From Clostridiales bacterium (GTDB taxonomy: Bacteria > Bacillota > Clostridia > Christensenellales > Aristaeellaceae): a DNA stretch of 32,000 nucleotides. The stretch is taken from contig SFIM01000024.1 of NCBI GenBank assembly GCA_004556155.1, forward strand, positions 4,082-36,081, given 5' to 3'. A program made the translations under genes and the position numbers. Positions 1 through 11,778 of this stretch are shown piece by piece. Each line of letters opens with the position of its first letter. Positions within the stretch are counted from its first letter, which is position 1. A model generated the notes under the pieces. That model ran no database searches. It worked only from the letters and a program-made list of their open reading frames with translations, and was not told where the DNA came from.

Positions 1-741
1 ATGGGTGATGCGTACAGCACTGTCCGTGCGGTTGATGTACTGTCCGCCGTGGCCGGAGGCGCGGTAGGTATCGATGCGCAGATCGTCGGGCTTGATATCG
101 ACCTCCACATCCTCCATTTCGGGCAGCACGGCCACGGTGGCGGTGGAGGTTTGCTTTTTGCCGTTGGCTTCGGTGACGGGCACGCGCTGGATACGGTGCA
201 CGCCGCTTTCATACTTGAGGCGGCTGAACGCGCCGCGGCCGGTGACGGAGAGCACGGCCTCCTTGACCCCGCCGATTTCAGTATCGTTTACGCTGAGCAC
301 GGCGGCGGTCAGCCCGTGCCGCTCGGCATAACGCAGATACATGCGCATCAGCATGGCGGCGAACAGGCTGGCCTCGTCGCCGCCTGCGCCCGCGCGCACC
401 TCCAGGATGACGTTGCGGTCGTCGTCCGGATCGCGAGGAATCAGGTGCAGCAAAAGCGCCTGCTCCAGCGGCGGAACCTGCGCTTCCAGACGCTTCAGCT
501 CCTCGCGGGCGGTTTCGCCCAGCTCTGGATCCTCGGATAGTTCGCGCGCATCGGCAATTTCGCCCGTCAGCTTTTGATAATCATGGTACGCTGAAACAGC
601 CGGTTCCAGCGCGGCGCGCTCCCGCAGGAGCGATTGCCAGCGCGGCAAATCGGCAATGATATCCGGCTGCGCCACGGCGATGGAGAGCTCCTCCAAGCGC
701 CGGGCCATCCAATCAAATTTTTCCAGATATTTAGCGTCCAT
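1..741 (-). CDS. prfA: Peptide chain release factor 1 (N-terminal ~247 codons; the C-terminus lies beyond the window edge)
   Basis: Not in the supplied ORF track because it runs off the edge. The reverse-strand frame is open from the ATG at 741-739 down to position 1. It reads [20 protein letters not shown]...[12 protein letters not shown]...[22 protein letters not shown]. It has the RF1-type PVT tripeptide and the GGQ motif (codons at 48-40). No clear SD; the start is 14 nt after the lepA stop. Confidence 0.85.
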   Translation of the reverse strand, partial: MDAKYLEKFDWMARRLEELSIAVAQPDIIADLPRWQSLLRERAALEPAVSAYHDYQKLTGEIADARELSEDPELGETAREELKRLEAQVPPLEQALLLHLIPRDPDDDRNVILEVRAGAGGDEASLFAAMLMRMYLRYAERHGLTAAVLSVNDTEIGGVKEAVLSVTGRGAFSRLKYESGVHRIQRVPVTEANGKKQTSTATVAVLPEMEDVEVDIKPDDLRIDTYRASGHGGQYINRTDSAVRITH

Positions 742-755
742 GCAGTTAGCTGTTT

Positions 756-2560
<1,805 letters not shown>

Positions 2561-2561
<1 letters not shown>

Positions 2562-3697
2562 CAGGCACACTCCGTTTCGTTTTTGCAGGATTTTTCCTTG
2601 AATACCCAGTTGCGCTGAATGCGGTAATTGACAAAGTAGAGCACAATATCAATGGCGCCCTTGAGCAGCAGGCTCAGCCCCTCATGATGCGCGGGGATAA
2701 AGTGGTTCAGCCAGCCAAAGAGCAAGGTCGTGACGATCAGCACGCCCAAGGCAAGCGCGGCATAGCGCCATGCTGCGCCTTGGCTTTCCTTTACCTTAAA
2801 GGAGAAATTCTTGTTCAGCAGGAAATTGCATGGGGCCGAGCACAGGCGGGCAATGGGCGTGGCAATGAGCGCCTTGGCGCTGAAAAGCAGCCCGAAAACG
2901 GGGAGCACGACCGTATCCATATCGTGCCAGAGCAGCATCAGCAGGCTCAGCACGGCATAATCCACCAGCAGGGATACGATGGCCGCAGCCGAAAAGCGCA
3001 GGAAGGAGCCCAGCAGCAGCTTATAGATGCGCCACGAATCGCGCAGGGGATGGAAATGCGAGGACTTGTTTTCCTCCAGATAAATGGTTTCGATGGGGAT
3101 GATCCGGAAGGGGATCTTGTGCATCGAAAAGTAAATGAGCATGTTCATTTCATACTCGAAGCGGTCGCCCGTGATGGCCAGCAGATCGTCGAAGCACGCG
3201 CGGCTGACGGCGCGCAGGCCGGTCTGTGTATCGGGCAGCCAGCGGCCGTACAGCAGGGCGAACACCGTGCTGGTGGCGCGGTTGCCAAAGCGGGAGCGGA
3301 AGGGGATGCTTTTGTTCTTATGCGAAAAATCGCGCGAGCCCAGCAACAGCTCAGGCTTTTTTTCGTCCATCGCGTCGGCCAGCAGCAGGGTATCGTGCAC
3401 CGTATGCTGCCCGTCCGCGTCGGCGGTGATCACGCCTGCGAAGGCGGTATGGTCGCGGATATAGGCAACGCCCGTGCGCAGCGCCTGCCCCTTGCCGCGA
3501 TTGACCTCGTGCTTGAGCACCACGCAGCGCTCCCGCGCGGCGAGCGAATCAAAAATCGCATCGTACTGGGCGGAGGAGCCGTCGTTGACGATGACGATCT
3601 GGCCAAAATCTGCCGCCAGCAGCGCGTCTACATAAACGGGAAGCCGCTCGTCCGGCTCCAGGGAGGGAATCAGAACGCATAGTTGCTTTGCCTGCAT
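2561..3697 (-). CDS. Family 2 glycosyltransferase fused to a C-terminal GtrA-like membrane domain
   Basis: The N-terminus ([13 protein letters not shown]...IVNDGSS...[11 protein letters not shown]...ADADGQH) is typical of GT2/dolichyl-phosphate-sugar synthase-like enzymes. The C-terminal ~130 aa is hydrophobic and GtrA-like ([16 protein letters not shown]...[13 protein letters not shown]). The start is uncertain: ATG at 3697 (13 nt after AAGGAGA), or 3709, or 3733. Confidence 0.8.
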
Positions 3698-3757
3698 AGG
3701 GTCATCCATTCTCCTTGCTTGTTGAGTGAGCAAAATAAGCCAAGCCTTAACTTTTAT

Positions 3758-3786
3758 ATCATATCATTAATTGGCCAAAATCTCAA
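3758..3786 (-). promoter_or_regulatory. Putative sigma-A promoter for the GT2-lepA-prfA unit
   Basis: The reverse strand reads TTGAGA (3786-3781), a 17-nt spacer, then TATGAT (3763-3758), about 60 nt upstream of the GT2 start. Confidence 0.4.
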
Positions 3787-3790
3787 GCAT

Positions 3791-3842
3791 TGCTTCCAAG
3801 CAAATCGCAGGCGTGCTGCTTCCAAGCAAATCGCAGGCGTGC
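3791..3842. repeat. Perfect 26-bp tandem duplication (2 copies) in a divergent promoter region
   Basis: TGCTTCCAAGCAAATCGCAGGCGTGC occurs at 3791-3816 and again, identical and directly abutting, at 3817-3842. Each copy starts with the 5+2+5 palindrome TGCTT-CC-AAGCA. Confidence 0.9.
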
Positions 3843-3916
3843 CGCAGCCTCAGCCGGACTTTAATCGATAACGCGGGAATAAATTTTGATATCCCCTTTT
3901 TTTATGACGCGAAATA

Positions 3917-3925
3917 TGCTATAAT
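3917..3925 (+). promoter_or_regulatory. Extended -10 promoter element for the NifU-like/GGGtGRT bicistron
   Basis: TGCTATAAT (TGn + consensus TATAAT at 3920-3925) lies 46 nt upstream of the ATG at 3971. There is no good -35, which is acceptable for extended -10 promoters. Confidence 0.5.
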
Positions 3926-3970
3926 GACCCGGTGGAAGTTCACAACTCATTCCGAAGGAGGAATCATTTC

Positions 3971-4672
3971 ATGCAATACTCTCGCGAAGTCGAAGAAATG
4001 GTATGCGTGATGAAGGGCCCCAACCATGGCCCCGCCCCCATCCCTGAAGAGGGCAAGTGGATTCAGGCCAAGGAAATCAGCGATATTTCCGGCTATACCC
4101 ATGGCATCGGCTGGTGCGCTCCTCAGCAGGGCGCCTGCAAGCTGAGCCTGAACGTCAAGAACGGCGTGATCGAGGAAGCCCTGGTGGAAACCATCGGCTG
4201 CTCCGGCATGACCCACTCCGCCGCCATGGCCAGCGAGATCCTGCCCGGCAAGACCATCCTGGAAGCCCTCAATACCGACCTGGTATGCGATGCGATCAAC
4301 ACCGCCATGCGCGAACTGTTCCTGCAGATCGTATACGGCCGCACCCAGTCCGCGTTCTCTGACGACGGTCTGGTGATCGGCGCCGGCATGGAAGACCTGG
4401 GCAAGGGTCTGCGCTCCATGGTGGGCACGATGTACGGCACCCGCGCCAAGGGCACCCGTTATCTGGAAATGACCGAAGGCTACGTCGTCAAGATGGCGCT
4501 GGACAAGGACAACCAGGTTTGCGGCTATCAGTTCCTGAGCCTGGGCAAGATGATGGACGCCATCAAGAAGGGCATGAGCCCCAATGAAGCGTACGAAAAG
4601 AACATCGGCACCTACGGCCGCTTTAAGGCTGAGGACGGCGCGGTCAAGTGGATTGACCCCCGCAAAGAGTAA
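3971..4672 (+). CDS. NifU/IscU-like Fe-S scaffold-domain protein with a ~100-aa C-terminal extension
   Basis: Start chosen at the ATG at 3971, 8 nt after GGAGG (3958-3962). The sequence GIGWCAPQQGACKLSLNVKNGVIEEALVETIGCSGMTHSAAMASEILPGKTILEAL...LVCDAI resembles the IscU/NifU N-domain, with three Cys at scaffold-like positions. Confidence 0.85.
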   Translation: MQYSREVEEMVCVMKGPNHGPAPIPEEGKWIQAKEISDISGYTHGIGWCAPQQGACKLSLNVKNGVIEEALVETIGCSGMTHSAAMASEILPGKTILEALNTDLVCDAINTAMRELFLQIVYGRTQSAFSDDGLVIGAGMEDLGKGLRSMVGTMYGTRAKGTRYLEMTEGYVVKMALDKDNQVCGYQFLSLGKMMDAIKKGMSPNEAYEKNIGTYGRFKAEDGAVKWIDPRKE

Positions 4673-4689
4673 GAGGAGGCGCGTGAAAA

Positions 4690-5712
4690 ATGGCTCTGTT
4701 TGAAGGTTATGAACGCCGCATGCCCCAGCTCCAGCCCGTGCTTGAAAAGTATGGCTTCAAGGATTTTGACGAGCTGAAGGCATATAACAACTCCAAGGGC
4801 GTGGACGCCTACAAAATCGTAGAAGGCATCCAGCCCATCTGCTTTGAAAACGCCAAGTGGGCCTACGAGCTGGGCGCCGCGATCGCTCTGAAGAAGGGCG
4901 TGAAGACTGCCGCCGAAGCCGCCGAGTGCATCGGCGAGGGTCTGCAGGCCTTCTGCATCCCCGGCTCCGTTGCCGACCAGCGCCAGGTAGGCCTGGGTCA
5001 CGGCAATCTGGGCGCGATGCTGCTCAATGAAAAGACCGAGTGCTTCGCCTTCCTGGCTGGCCACGAGTCCTTCGCTGCCGCCGAGGGCGCCATCGGTATC
5101 GCCCGCAACGCCAACAAGGTGCGCAAGACTCCCCTGCGCGTTATCCTCAACGGCCTGGGCAAGGACGCCGCCATGATCATCAGCCGCATCAACGGCTTCA
5201 CCTATGTGCAGACCAAGTATGATTACCTGTCTGCCGACGTGAAGGAAGACCATGCGCTGACCATCGTCAACGAGACGGCCTATTCCACCGGCGAGCGCAG
5301 CAAGGTTCGCTGCTACGGTGCGGACGATGTGCGTGAGGGCGTGGCCATCATGTGGCACGAGGGCGTGGACGTATCCATCACCGGTAACTCCACCAACCCC
5401 ACCCGCTTCCAGCATCCCGTTGCCGGCACTTATAAGAAGGAGTGCTGGGAAGCCGGCAAGAAGTACTTCTCCGTGGCTTCCGGCGGCGGCACCGGCCGCA
5501 CGCTGCATCCCGACAACATGGCCGCCGGCCCCGCCAGCTATGGCATGACCGACACCATGGGTCGTATGCACTCTGACGCGCAGTTCGCCGGCTCCTCCTC
5601 CGTGCCCGCGCACGTGGAAATGATGGGCCTGATCGGCATGGGCAACAACCCCATGGTCGGCGCCACCGTTGCCGTGGCCGTGGCCGTGGAAGAAGCGCAG
5701 AAGAACGCGTAA
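4690..5712 (+). CDS. GGGtGRT family protein (uncharacterised family)
   Basis: 340-aa ORF with the literal family motif in ...KYFSVASGGGTGRTLHPDNMAAGPASYG... AGAGGAGG lies upstream. It starts 17 nt after the NifU-like stop. Confidence 0.9.
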   Translation: MALFEGYERRMPQLQPVLEKYGFKDFDELKAYNNSKGVDAYKIVEGIQPICFENAKWAYELGAAIALKKGVKTAAEAAECIGEGLQAFCIPGSVADQRQVGLGHGNLGAMLLNEKTECFAFLAGHESFAAAEGAIGIARNANKVRKTPLRVILNGLGKDAAMIISRINGFTYVQTKYDYLSADVKEDHALTIVNETAYSTGERSKVRCYGADDVREGVAIMWHEGVDVSITGNSTNPTRFQHPVAGTYKKECWEAGKKYFSVASGGGTGRTLHPDNMAAGPASYGMTDTMGRMHSDAQFAGSSSVPAHVEMMGLIGMGNNPMVGATVAVAVAVEEAQKNA

Positions 5713-5731
5713 TTCCCGCTTTGCTTTATCA

Positions 5732-5764
5732 AAAGGCTCCCAACCTTTATGGCTGGGAGCCTTT
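5732..5764 (+). terminator. Intrinsic terminator after the GGGtGRT gene
   Basis: GGCTCCCAACC (5735-5745), loop TTTAT, GGCTGGGAGCC (5751-5761). The stem is 11 bp with one mismatch and is followed by TTT. Confidence 0.7.
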
Positions 5765-5943
5765 GCAGTTATGCGCTTTTGCATTTACACAAGGAGATTA
5801 AGATGACATCCATACGGCGATGGACTGCGCCCGTGCGTATTTTGCCGGGGAGCACAGCGAAACGCCAGTTTGGGAGATTTTGAGCGATAAGCCCGCCGAA
5901 ACGGTGAGAGATATCTCTGATATATTGCAGCGTGTATAAACGC

Positions 5944-5974
5944 AAAGCCCTCCTGATCAATCAGGGGGCTTTTT
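5944..5974 (+). terminator. Intrinsic terminator upstream of the gnd promoter
   Basis: AAAGCCCTCCTGA / TCAGGGGGCTTT hairpin (one bulge) followed by TTTTT. Confidence 0.6.
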
Positions 5975-5994
5975 GCGCTTTCGTCCTGGCATCA

Positions 5995-6023
5995 TTGACA
6001 GCCTGCGGCTGGGCTGATATACT
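5995..6023 (+). promoter_or_regulatory. Putative sigma-A promoter of gnd
   Basis: TTGACA (5995-6000), a 17-nt spacer, then TATACT (6018-6023), 32 nt upstream of the gnd ATG. Confidence 0.55.
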
Positions 6024-6055
6024 TGAAAAAACACTTATTTTGCGGAGGATGCGGC

Positions 6056-7504
<1,449 letters not shown>

Positions 7505-7522
7505 AGAAAGAAGCGCTGTTTG

Positions 7523-8074
7523 ATGAAGCTGGTTTTTCTGTTCGGCAACTGCGCCGTGGGCAAAATGACGGTGGGGCAGGCACTGTGTGATATCACGCGG
7601 CTCAAGCTGTTTCACAATCACATGACCATCGAGCCGGTCATTGCGCTGTTCGGCGATTATAAACCGCGCGCTGTCGCGCGGCTGCGGGATGTGATCTTTG
7701 AGGAGTTCGCCGCCTCCGATCAATACGGCATGGTCTTTACCTATATGTGGGCCTTTGATCAGCAGGCGGATTGGGACTATGTGGAGCATGTCAAGCAGAT
7801 TTTCGCTCCCTACGGCACGGAGTTCTACTATGTGGAGCTGGTTGCGCCGCAGGAGATTCGTTTGCAGCGCAATGTAAGTGAAAACCGCTTGCGCAACAAA
7901 GCCTCCAAGCGCGATATTGAAGCCTCTAACCGGCGGCTGATTAACGATGATTTGAAGTATCGCTGCGAAAGCCTGCCGGGGGAGATTCCATTTGAAAACT
8001 ATCTGCGCATTGACAATAGCCTCCTGTCCCCGCAAGAGGCCGCGCGGCGGATCCAGGCGCACTTTGAACTGTAA
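7523..8074 (+). CDS. Small P-loop NTPase/kinase-fold protein, specificity unknown
   Basis: 183 aa with the Walker A motif FGNCAVGKMT near the N-terminus. The size and layout fit small nucleotide/metabolite kinases. I recognise no specific family motif. Confidence 0.75.
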   Translation: MKLVFLFGNCAVGKMTVGQALCDITRLKLFHNHMTIEPVIALFGDYKPRAVARLRDVIFEEFAASDQYGMVFTYMWAFDQQADWDYVEHVKQIFAPYGTEFYYVELVAPQEIRLQRNVSENRLRNKASKRDIEASNRRLINDDLKYRCESLPGEIPFENYLRIDNSLLSPQEAARRIQAHFEL

Positions 8075-8084
8075 AAGAAAGCAT

Positions 8085-8561
8085 ATGAAAGAGTATATCA
8101 AAATGATGCGCGAATTGGTGGGCAGCCGTCCCATCATGCAGTGCGGTGCCAGCGTGATACTGGTAAATGAGCGCGGCGAGCTGCTTTTGCAGCAGCGTGC
8201 GGATAACGGCATGTGGGGCTATCATGGCGGCAGCGTGGAGCTTTTTGAAAACGTGGAGGAAGCCGCTCGCCGGGAGCTTACGGAGGAAACAGGGTTGACG
8301 GCGGGACAGATGACGCTGTTCGGTGTGTTTTCCGGCCCGGAGCTTGCCTATGTGTATCCCAACGGCGATGCGGTATCCAATGTGGACGTGGTGTACCTGT
8401 GCCGCGATTATACTGGCCACACGCATCGCCAGCAGGGAGAGGTAAACCGGCTGCGCTGGTTTGCGCCCCAGGATATGCCGCCCATGGCGGAGATTATGCC
8501 GCCCAACCGGCCCGCGCTGCGCCAATACCTGGAAAGTGTGGGCGTGAGCGCACTGACCTAA
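8085..8561 (+). CDS. NUDIX hydrolase
   Basis: The Nudix box GGSVELFENVEEAARRELTEETGL matches GX5EX7REUXEEXGU. The ATG at 8085 lies 11 nt after the previous stop. Confidence 0.9.
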   Translation: MKEYIKMMRELVGSRPIMQCGASVILVNERGELLLQQRADNGMWGYHGGSVELFENVEEAARRELTEETGLTAGQMTLFGVFSGPELAYVYPNGDAVSNVDVVYLCRDYTGHTHRQQGEVNRLRWFAPQDMPPMAEIMPPNRPALRQYLESVGVSALT

Positions 8562-8587
8562 AATGCCTGCCAAAGGAGCTGATAAGC

Positions 8588-9283
8588 ATGAGCCATAAAA
8601 AACTGATTCTGATTGCCGACGACGAGGTGGCGATCCACGATTCATTGCGGCTGTATTTGCAGCGCGAAGGGTATGAGGTATACTCCGTCTTTCGTGGCAC
8701 AGACGTGATGGAAGCCTTTCAGCGCATGCGGCCCGATCTGGTGATTCTGGATATCATGATGCCTGGCCGCAGCGGCACGGAGGTGTGCGCTGAAATTCGC
8801 GCCATCAGCATGACCCCGGTGATTATCCTGACCGCCAAGGGCGAGGAGGCTGATCGCCTGCTGGGCTTTGCCTTGGGCGCGGACGATTACATTGTCAAGC
8901 CTTTCAGCCCGCGCGAGATTGTATCGCGCATTCGCGTGATCTTCCGCCGCATCAACAGCCTGGAAACCGCGCAGGAAAAGAACGAGCTGCAAATTGGCAA
9001 CACGCGCATCAACCTGAGCCGTTATGAAGTGTGTGTGGACGGCGAAAAGGTGGTGTTTTCGCCCAAGGAAGTGGAGATTCTGCACCTGATGGCTGCGCAT
9101 CTGAACCAGGTGTTTACCCGCGAACAGCTGCTGGATTCCATCTGGGGCTTTGATTTTGACGGCGATAGCCGTGTGGTAGATACCTCGATCAAGCGTATCC
9201 GCAAAAAGCTGCCTGAATACAGCATGCTGGCCGTGCGCTCTGTGTACGGCGTAGGCTATAAGATTGAGGCGGCCAATGCGTAG
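8588..9283 (+). CDS. OmpR/PhoB-type response regulator
   Basis: Receiver domain (LIADDE...DLVILDIMMPG...LTAKG...GADDYIVKPF) plus a winged-helix output (...VDTSIKRIRKKL...VRSVYGVGYK). AAAGGAG lies 9 nt upstream of the ATG. Confidence 0.95.
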   Translation: MSHKKLILIADDEVAIHDSLRLYLQREGYEVYSVFRGTDVMEAFQRMRPDLVILDIMMPGRSGTEVCAEIRAISMTPVIILTAKGEEADRLLGFALGADDYIVKPFSPREIVSRIRVIFRRINSLETAQEKNELQIGNTRINLSRYEVCVDGEKVVFSPKEVEILHLMAAHLNQVFTREQLLDSIWGFDFDGDSRVVDTSIKRIRKKLPEYSMLAVRSVYGVGYKIEAANA

Positions 9284-10994
9284 ATATCGCGCCTATGTGC
9301 AGCCGCTGATGGCGCTGCTGGCCGTTTGCATCCTGCTGATTACGGGCGGGCTGTATATGCTGTCCAACCGTCTGGTTAGCAATTCCTATGCGGGTCTGTC
9401 GCGACAGGAAATCAGTCAATGCGTTTCCATTGGGCAGCGGCTGCTGGCTGATTATCGTTCGGGCGAGATTACGCTGGATGAGCTGCGCGAGGCCGTCAAT
9501 CCCACCCTGAACCCGGCCGAGGCTTTTTTGCTGCTGACTGATCCGGAGGGCAATGTGCTGTGTGCTACTGAAGCGGCGGCGGATCTGCTATCCGCCCTGC
9601 CTGTGCGGCGCTTGATCCAGGGATTAACGCAAAGCGAGGAGCCGCAGCCCGTCGTCAATCATGCTACCGAGCATACGCTGCTTTTGATGGGGCAGCGCAC
9701 GCCCGAAGGCGCGGTGCTGGCCGGCAAATCGCTATCCGCCTATACCAGCGCGCTGGCGGTTTTCCGCGGGCTGTTGCTGCGCATTGTGCTGCCGCTGGCA
9801 GTGCTGCTGCTGGCGGTGTCCATGTATCTGTCGCATGTGATGAGCAAGCCCGCGGATATCCTGGTGGAAGCTGCGCAAAAGCTCAGCAAGGGAGAATTGG
9901 TGCAGATCGAGCAGCCCCTGCCGCCCGATCTGAAGCCTATCGGGCAGGCATTTAACCGCATGTCCCATCGTCTGGGCGCGGTGCTGGGCGAGGTGGGCTA
10001 TGAGCGCGATATGCTGGCCCTGGTGCTGGAAAGCCTGCATGAGGGCGTTATGGCCATGGATGAGGCGGGGGATATGCTGCATGAAAACCGCGCCGCGCGC
10101 CGGCTGCTGGGTGGGGAGAGATCCAGCGCCTATCGAGAGGTGACGGAGCGCTTACAGCGTGCCATTACGGAAACGCTGGAGCCTGAAAAAATGCAGCTGG
10201 GCGAAAAAACGCTGCTGATTCGTTTCAGCCCCCTGCCGGTACGGCAGGAGCAGCGCCGCGGCGCGATTGCCATGATTCTGGATATCACCGAGGCTGAGCG
10301 CCTGGATCGCACGCGCCGCGACTATGTGGCCAATATATCGCACGAGCTGCGCACGCCGCTGGCTTCCATGCGCGGCATTGCCGAGGCGCTGCGCGACGGG
10401 CTGGTGACGGACGAGGCCGAAAGGCATCGTTATGACGAGATGATCGTCAGCGAGATTCAGCGCTTGTCCCGGCTGGTCAATGATCTGTTGGAGCTGTCCT
10501 CGCTGCAGTCCAACCCTGCCGCCTTTGAAACTGAGCAAATTGATCCTGTGGAAACGCTCTATGAGCTGTACGACCGCACCAAGCGGCTGACTGAAAGCAA
10601 GGGTGTGCGCCTGACGCTGACCGTGCCGGAATACGACGTGGCTCCTGTGATTACCAATGAAGATCGCTTGCAGCAGGTGCTGACTATCCTGCTGGATAAC
10701 GCGATCAAGTTTACCCCGGCGGGCGGGCAGATTACCCTGGGCTTGGAAGCCACCAATCGCGGCGCACGCTTTTTTGTGCGCGATACGGGCGTGGGCATGG
10801 ATGCGGAAACGCGTCGGCACTGCTTTGACCGCTTTCATCAGGGCGATAAAAGCCATCGCGCCTCGGGCAGCGGCCTGGGGCTGGCCATCGCGCGCGAGAT
10901 CATGACGCGCCTGGGCGCACGCCTGACCGTGCACAGCGAGCTGGGGGAGGGGAGCGAGTTTTCCTTCACCCTGCGTCAGGAGAATCAGGCATAA
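9276..10994 (+). CDS. Sensor histidine kinase (two TM segments, HAMP, PAS-like, HisKA, HATPase_c)
   Basis: H-box ISHELRTPL, N-box LLDNAIKFT, and G-boxes RDTGVGM and GSGLGLAI. The ATG at 9276 overlaps the regulator's stop by 8 nt. Confidence 0.95.
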   Translation: MRRYRAYVQPLMALLAVCILLITGGLYMLSNRLVSNSYAGLSRQEISQCVSIGQRLLADYRSGEITLDELREAVNPTLNPAEAFLLLTDPEGNVLCATEAAADLLSALPVRRLIQGLTQSEEPQPVVNHATEHTLLLMGQRTPEGAVLAGKSLSAYTSALAVFRGLLLRIVLPLAVLLLAVSMYLSHVMSKPADILVEAAQKLSKGELVQIEQPLPPDLKPIGQAFNRMSHRLGAVLGEVGYERDMLALVLESLHEGVMAMDEAGDMLHENRAARRLLGGERSSAYREVTERLQRAITETLEPEKMQLGEKTLLIRFSPLPVRQEQRRGAIAMILDITEAERLDRTRRDYVANISHELRTPLASMRGIAEALRDGLVTDEAERHRYDEMIVSEIQRLSRLVNDLLELSSLQSNPAAFETEQIDPVETLYELYDRTKRLTESKGVRLTLTVPEYDVAPVITNEDRLQQVLTILLDNAIKFTPAGGQITLGLEATNRGARFFVRDTGVGMDAETRRHCFDRFHQGDKSHRASGSGLGLAIAREIMTRLGARLTVHSELGEGSEFSFTLRQENQA

Positions 10995-11005
10995 GGAGTA
11001 TCAAG

Positions 11006-11692
11006 ATGATTCGCAAGATTATCTGTATCGACGAGAATAAATGCATCGGCTGCGGCCTGTGCGCCCATGCCTGTCAGGAGGGCGCAATCGGCATGGTAGA
11101 TGGCAAGGCTCGACTGCTGCGCGAGGATTACTGCGACGGTTTGGGCAACTGCCTGCCCGCCTGTCCCACCAACGCCATTACTTTTGTGGAGCGCGAAGCT
11201 CCCGCCTTTGATGAGGCGGCGGTGCGCGCCAGCCAGCAAAAGGCGGCTCAGACTGCTCAAGGCGGCTGCCCCGGCCAGAAGATTCGTCAGTTCAATACCC
11301 GAGAGCCTGCCGAGGATGCGCCCAGCGCTTCTCAGCTGCGTCAGTGGCCCTGCCAGCTGCGCCTGGCGCCGGTCAGCGCGCCGTATTTTGCGGGTGCGGA
11401 ACTGCTGATTGCCGCCGACTGCACGGCCTTTGCCTATGCTGCGATCCATCGGGATTTCATGCGTGGCAGGATTACCCTGATTGGCTGTCCCAAGCTGGAC
11501 GATGCGGACTACGCTGATAAGCTGACGGAAATTCTTAGCCGCAACGATATTCGCAGCGTTACGGTGCTGCGCATGGAGGTGCCCTGCTGCGGTGGGCTGG
11601 AGCGTGCTGCGCGTAAAGCTGTGGAGCGCAGCGGCAAGCATATTCCATTGGATGTAACGATTGTTTCAATTGACGGCGCGGCGGCAAGATAA
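11006..11692 (+). CDS. 4Fe-4S dicluster domain protein with a Cys-rich C-terminal domain
   Basis: Two ferredoxin motifs, CIGCGLCAHAC and CDGLGNCLPACP. The C-terminal part carries ADCTAF, IGCPKLDD and MEVPCCGG. It starts 12 nt after the kinase stop. Confidence 0.85.
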   Translation: MIRKIICIDENKCIGCGLCAHACQEGAIGMVDGKARLLREDYCDGLGNCLPACPTNAITFVEREAPAFDEAAVRASQQKAAQTAQGGCPGQKIRQFNTREPAEDAPSASQLRQWPCQLRLAPVSAPYFAGAELLIAADCTAFAYAAIHRDFMRGRITLIGCPKLDDADYADKLTEILSRNDIRSVTVLRMEVPCCGGLERAARKAVERSGKHIPLDVTIVSIDGAAAR

Positions 11693-11716
11693 TTGTGCTT
11701 GTATTAAGCATAATGC

Positions 11717-11750
11717 AAAGAAGCTCTCCCCGCAAGGGGAGAGCTTCTTT
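11717..11750. terminator. Bidirectional intrinsic terminator between convergent genes
   Basis: Perfect 15-bp stem AAAGAAGCTCTCCCC / GGGGAGAGCTTCTTT with a GCAA loop. A/T runs on both sides give a U-tract in either direction. Confidence 0.85.
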
Positions 11751-11778
11751 GATAATTTAGCGTTTGAGCTTGGTACGA

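Noticed and set aside
1-540. 179-aa plus-strand ORF at the window start
   Set aside because: It is antisense to an unmistakable RF1 reading frame (PVT and GGQ motifs). Its composition is the Ala/Gly/His/Gln-rich low-complexity pattern typical of shadow ORFs in GC-rich DNA.
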